A stretch of 64,000 nucleotides of DNA, taken from NCBI GenBank assembly GCA_022825895.1, contig JAJDVX010000007.1, positions 2,960 through 66,959 on the forward strand. The letters are read 5' to 3'. The first letter of the stretch is position 1. Every line of letters begins with the position of its first letter. The stretch is from Chloroflexota bacterium. Its GTDB lineage: Bacteria; Chloroflexota; UBA11872. Made by a program: the position numbers and the translations under genes. Shown here piece by piece: positions 63,974 to 64,000 of this stretch. Below the pieces are notes generated by a model. That model saw only the letters and a program-made list of their open reading frames with translations, did no database searches and was not told where the DNA came from.

Positions 63974-64000
63974 CGAAGGTCGGCTGACGACCGAACAGTT
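63961..64000 (+). CDS. Start of the next gene, overlapping the AAA ATPase stop (partial, identity unknown)
   Basis: The ATG at 63961 (MAWSDEGRLTTEQ...) overlaps the TGA at 63971-63973 and is open to the window end. Confidence 0.3.

Overview
GC-rich bacterial chromosomal window. The lineage cannot be determined from this sequence; gene content looks Chloroflexota- or Actinobacteria-like. All calls come from motif recognition in the supplied translations plus hand translation of selected stretches. No database or HMM search was possible.

**Positions 1-13.1 kb: end of an integrative, probably conjugative, element at tRNA-Gly(TCC).** It contains:
- a partial VirB4-like ATPase
- PrgI-like and VirB2/TrbC-like membrane proteins
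- a receiver-ParA/CpaE-like ATPase
- a LuxR-type regulator
- an XRE/ImmA regulatory pair
- a polytopic membrane protein
- a single-polypeptide histidine kinase-receiver-OmpR regulator
- about 2 kb with no convincing gene
- a tyrosine integrase 162 bp from the tRNA 3' end

**The other ~51 kb is mostly core genome.** Recognisable genes are nth, gdhA, mobA, trxA, dnaG, ppdK, pcrA, an ATP-dependent DNA ligase, amt, murJ and tRNA-Pro, plus sugar and glycan enzymes.

**Points worth a second look:**
1. Four genes have conserved N-terminal motifs upstream of the first ATG/GTG/TTG. In two of them a CTG overlaps the upstream stop as CTGA.
2. A cluster of decayed paralogues of an orphan Tat-signal solute-binding protein.
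3. A 4-nt-overlap-coupled pcrA-HAD phosphatase-ATP ligase operon.
4. A circularly permuted ATP-grasp / alpha-E / transglutaminase operon flanked and split by a repeat family.
5. Two membrane-anchored coiled-coil proteins, one built from 13 tandem 21-bp repeats.
6. A tandem AAA_5 ATPase with Asn-Glu in place of Asp-Glu in both Walker B motifs, overlapping a partner gene cut by the window edge.
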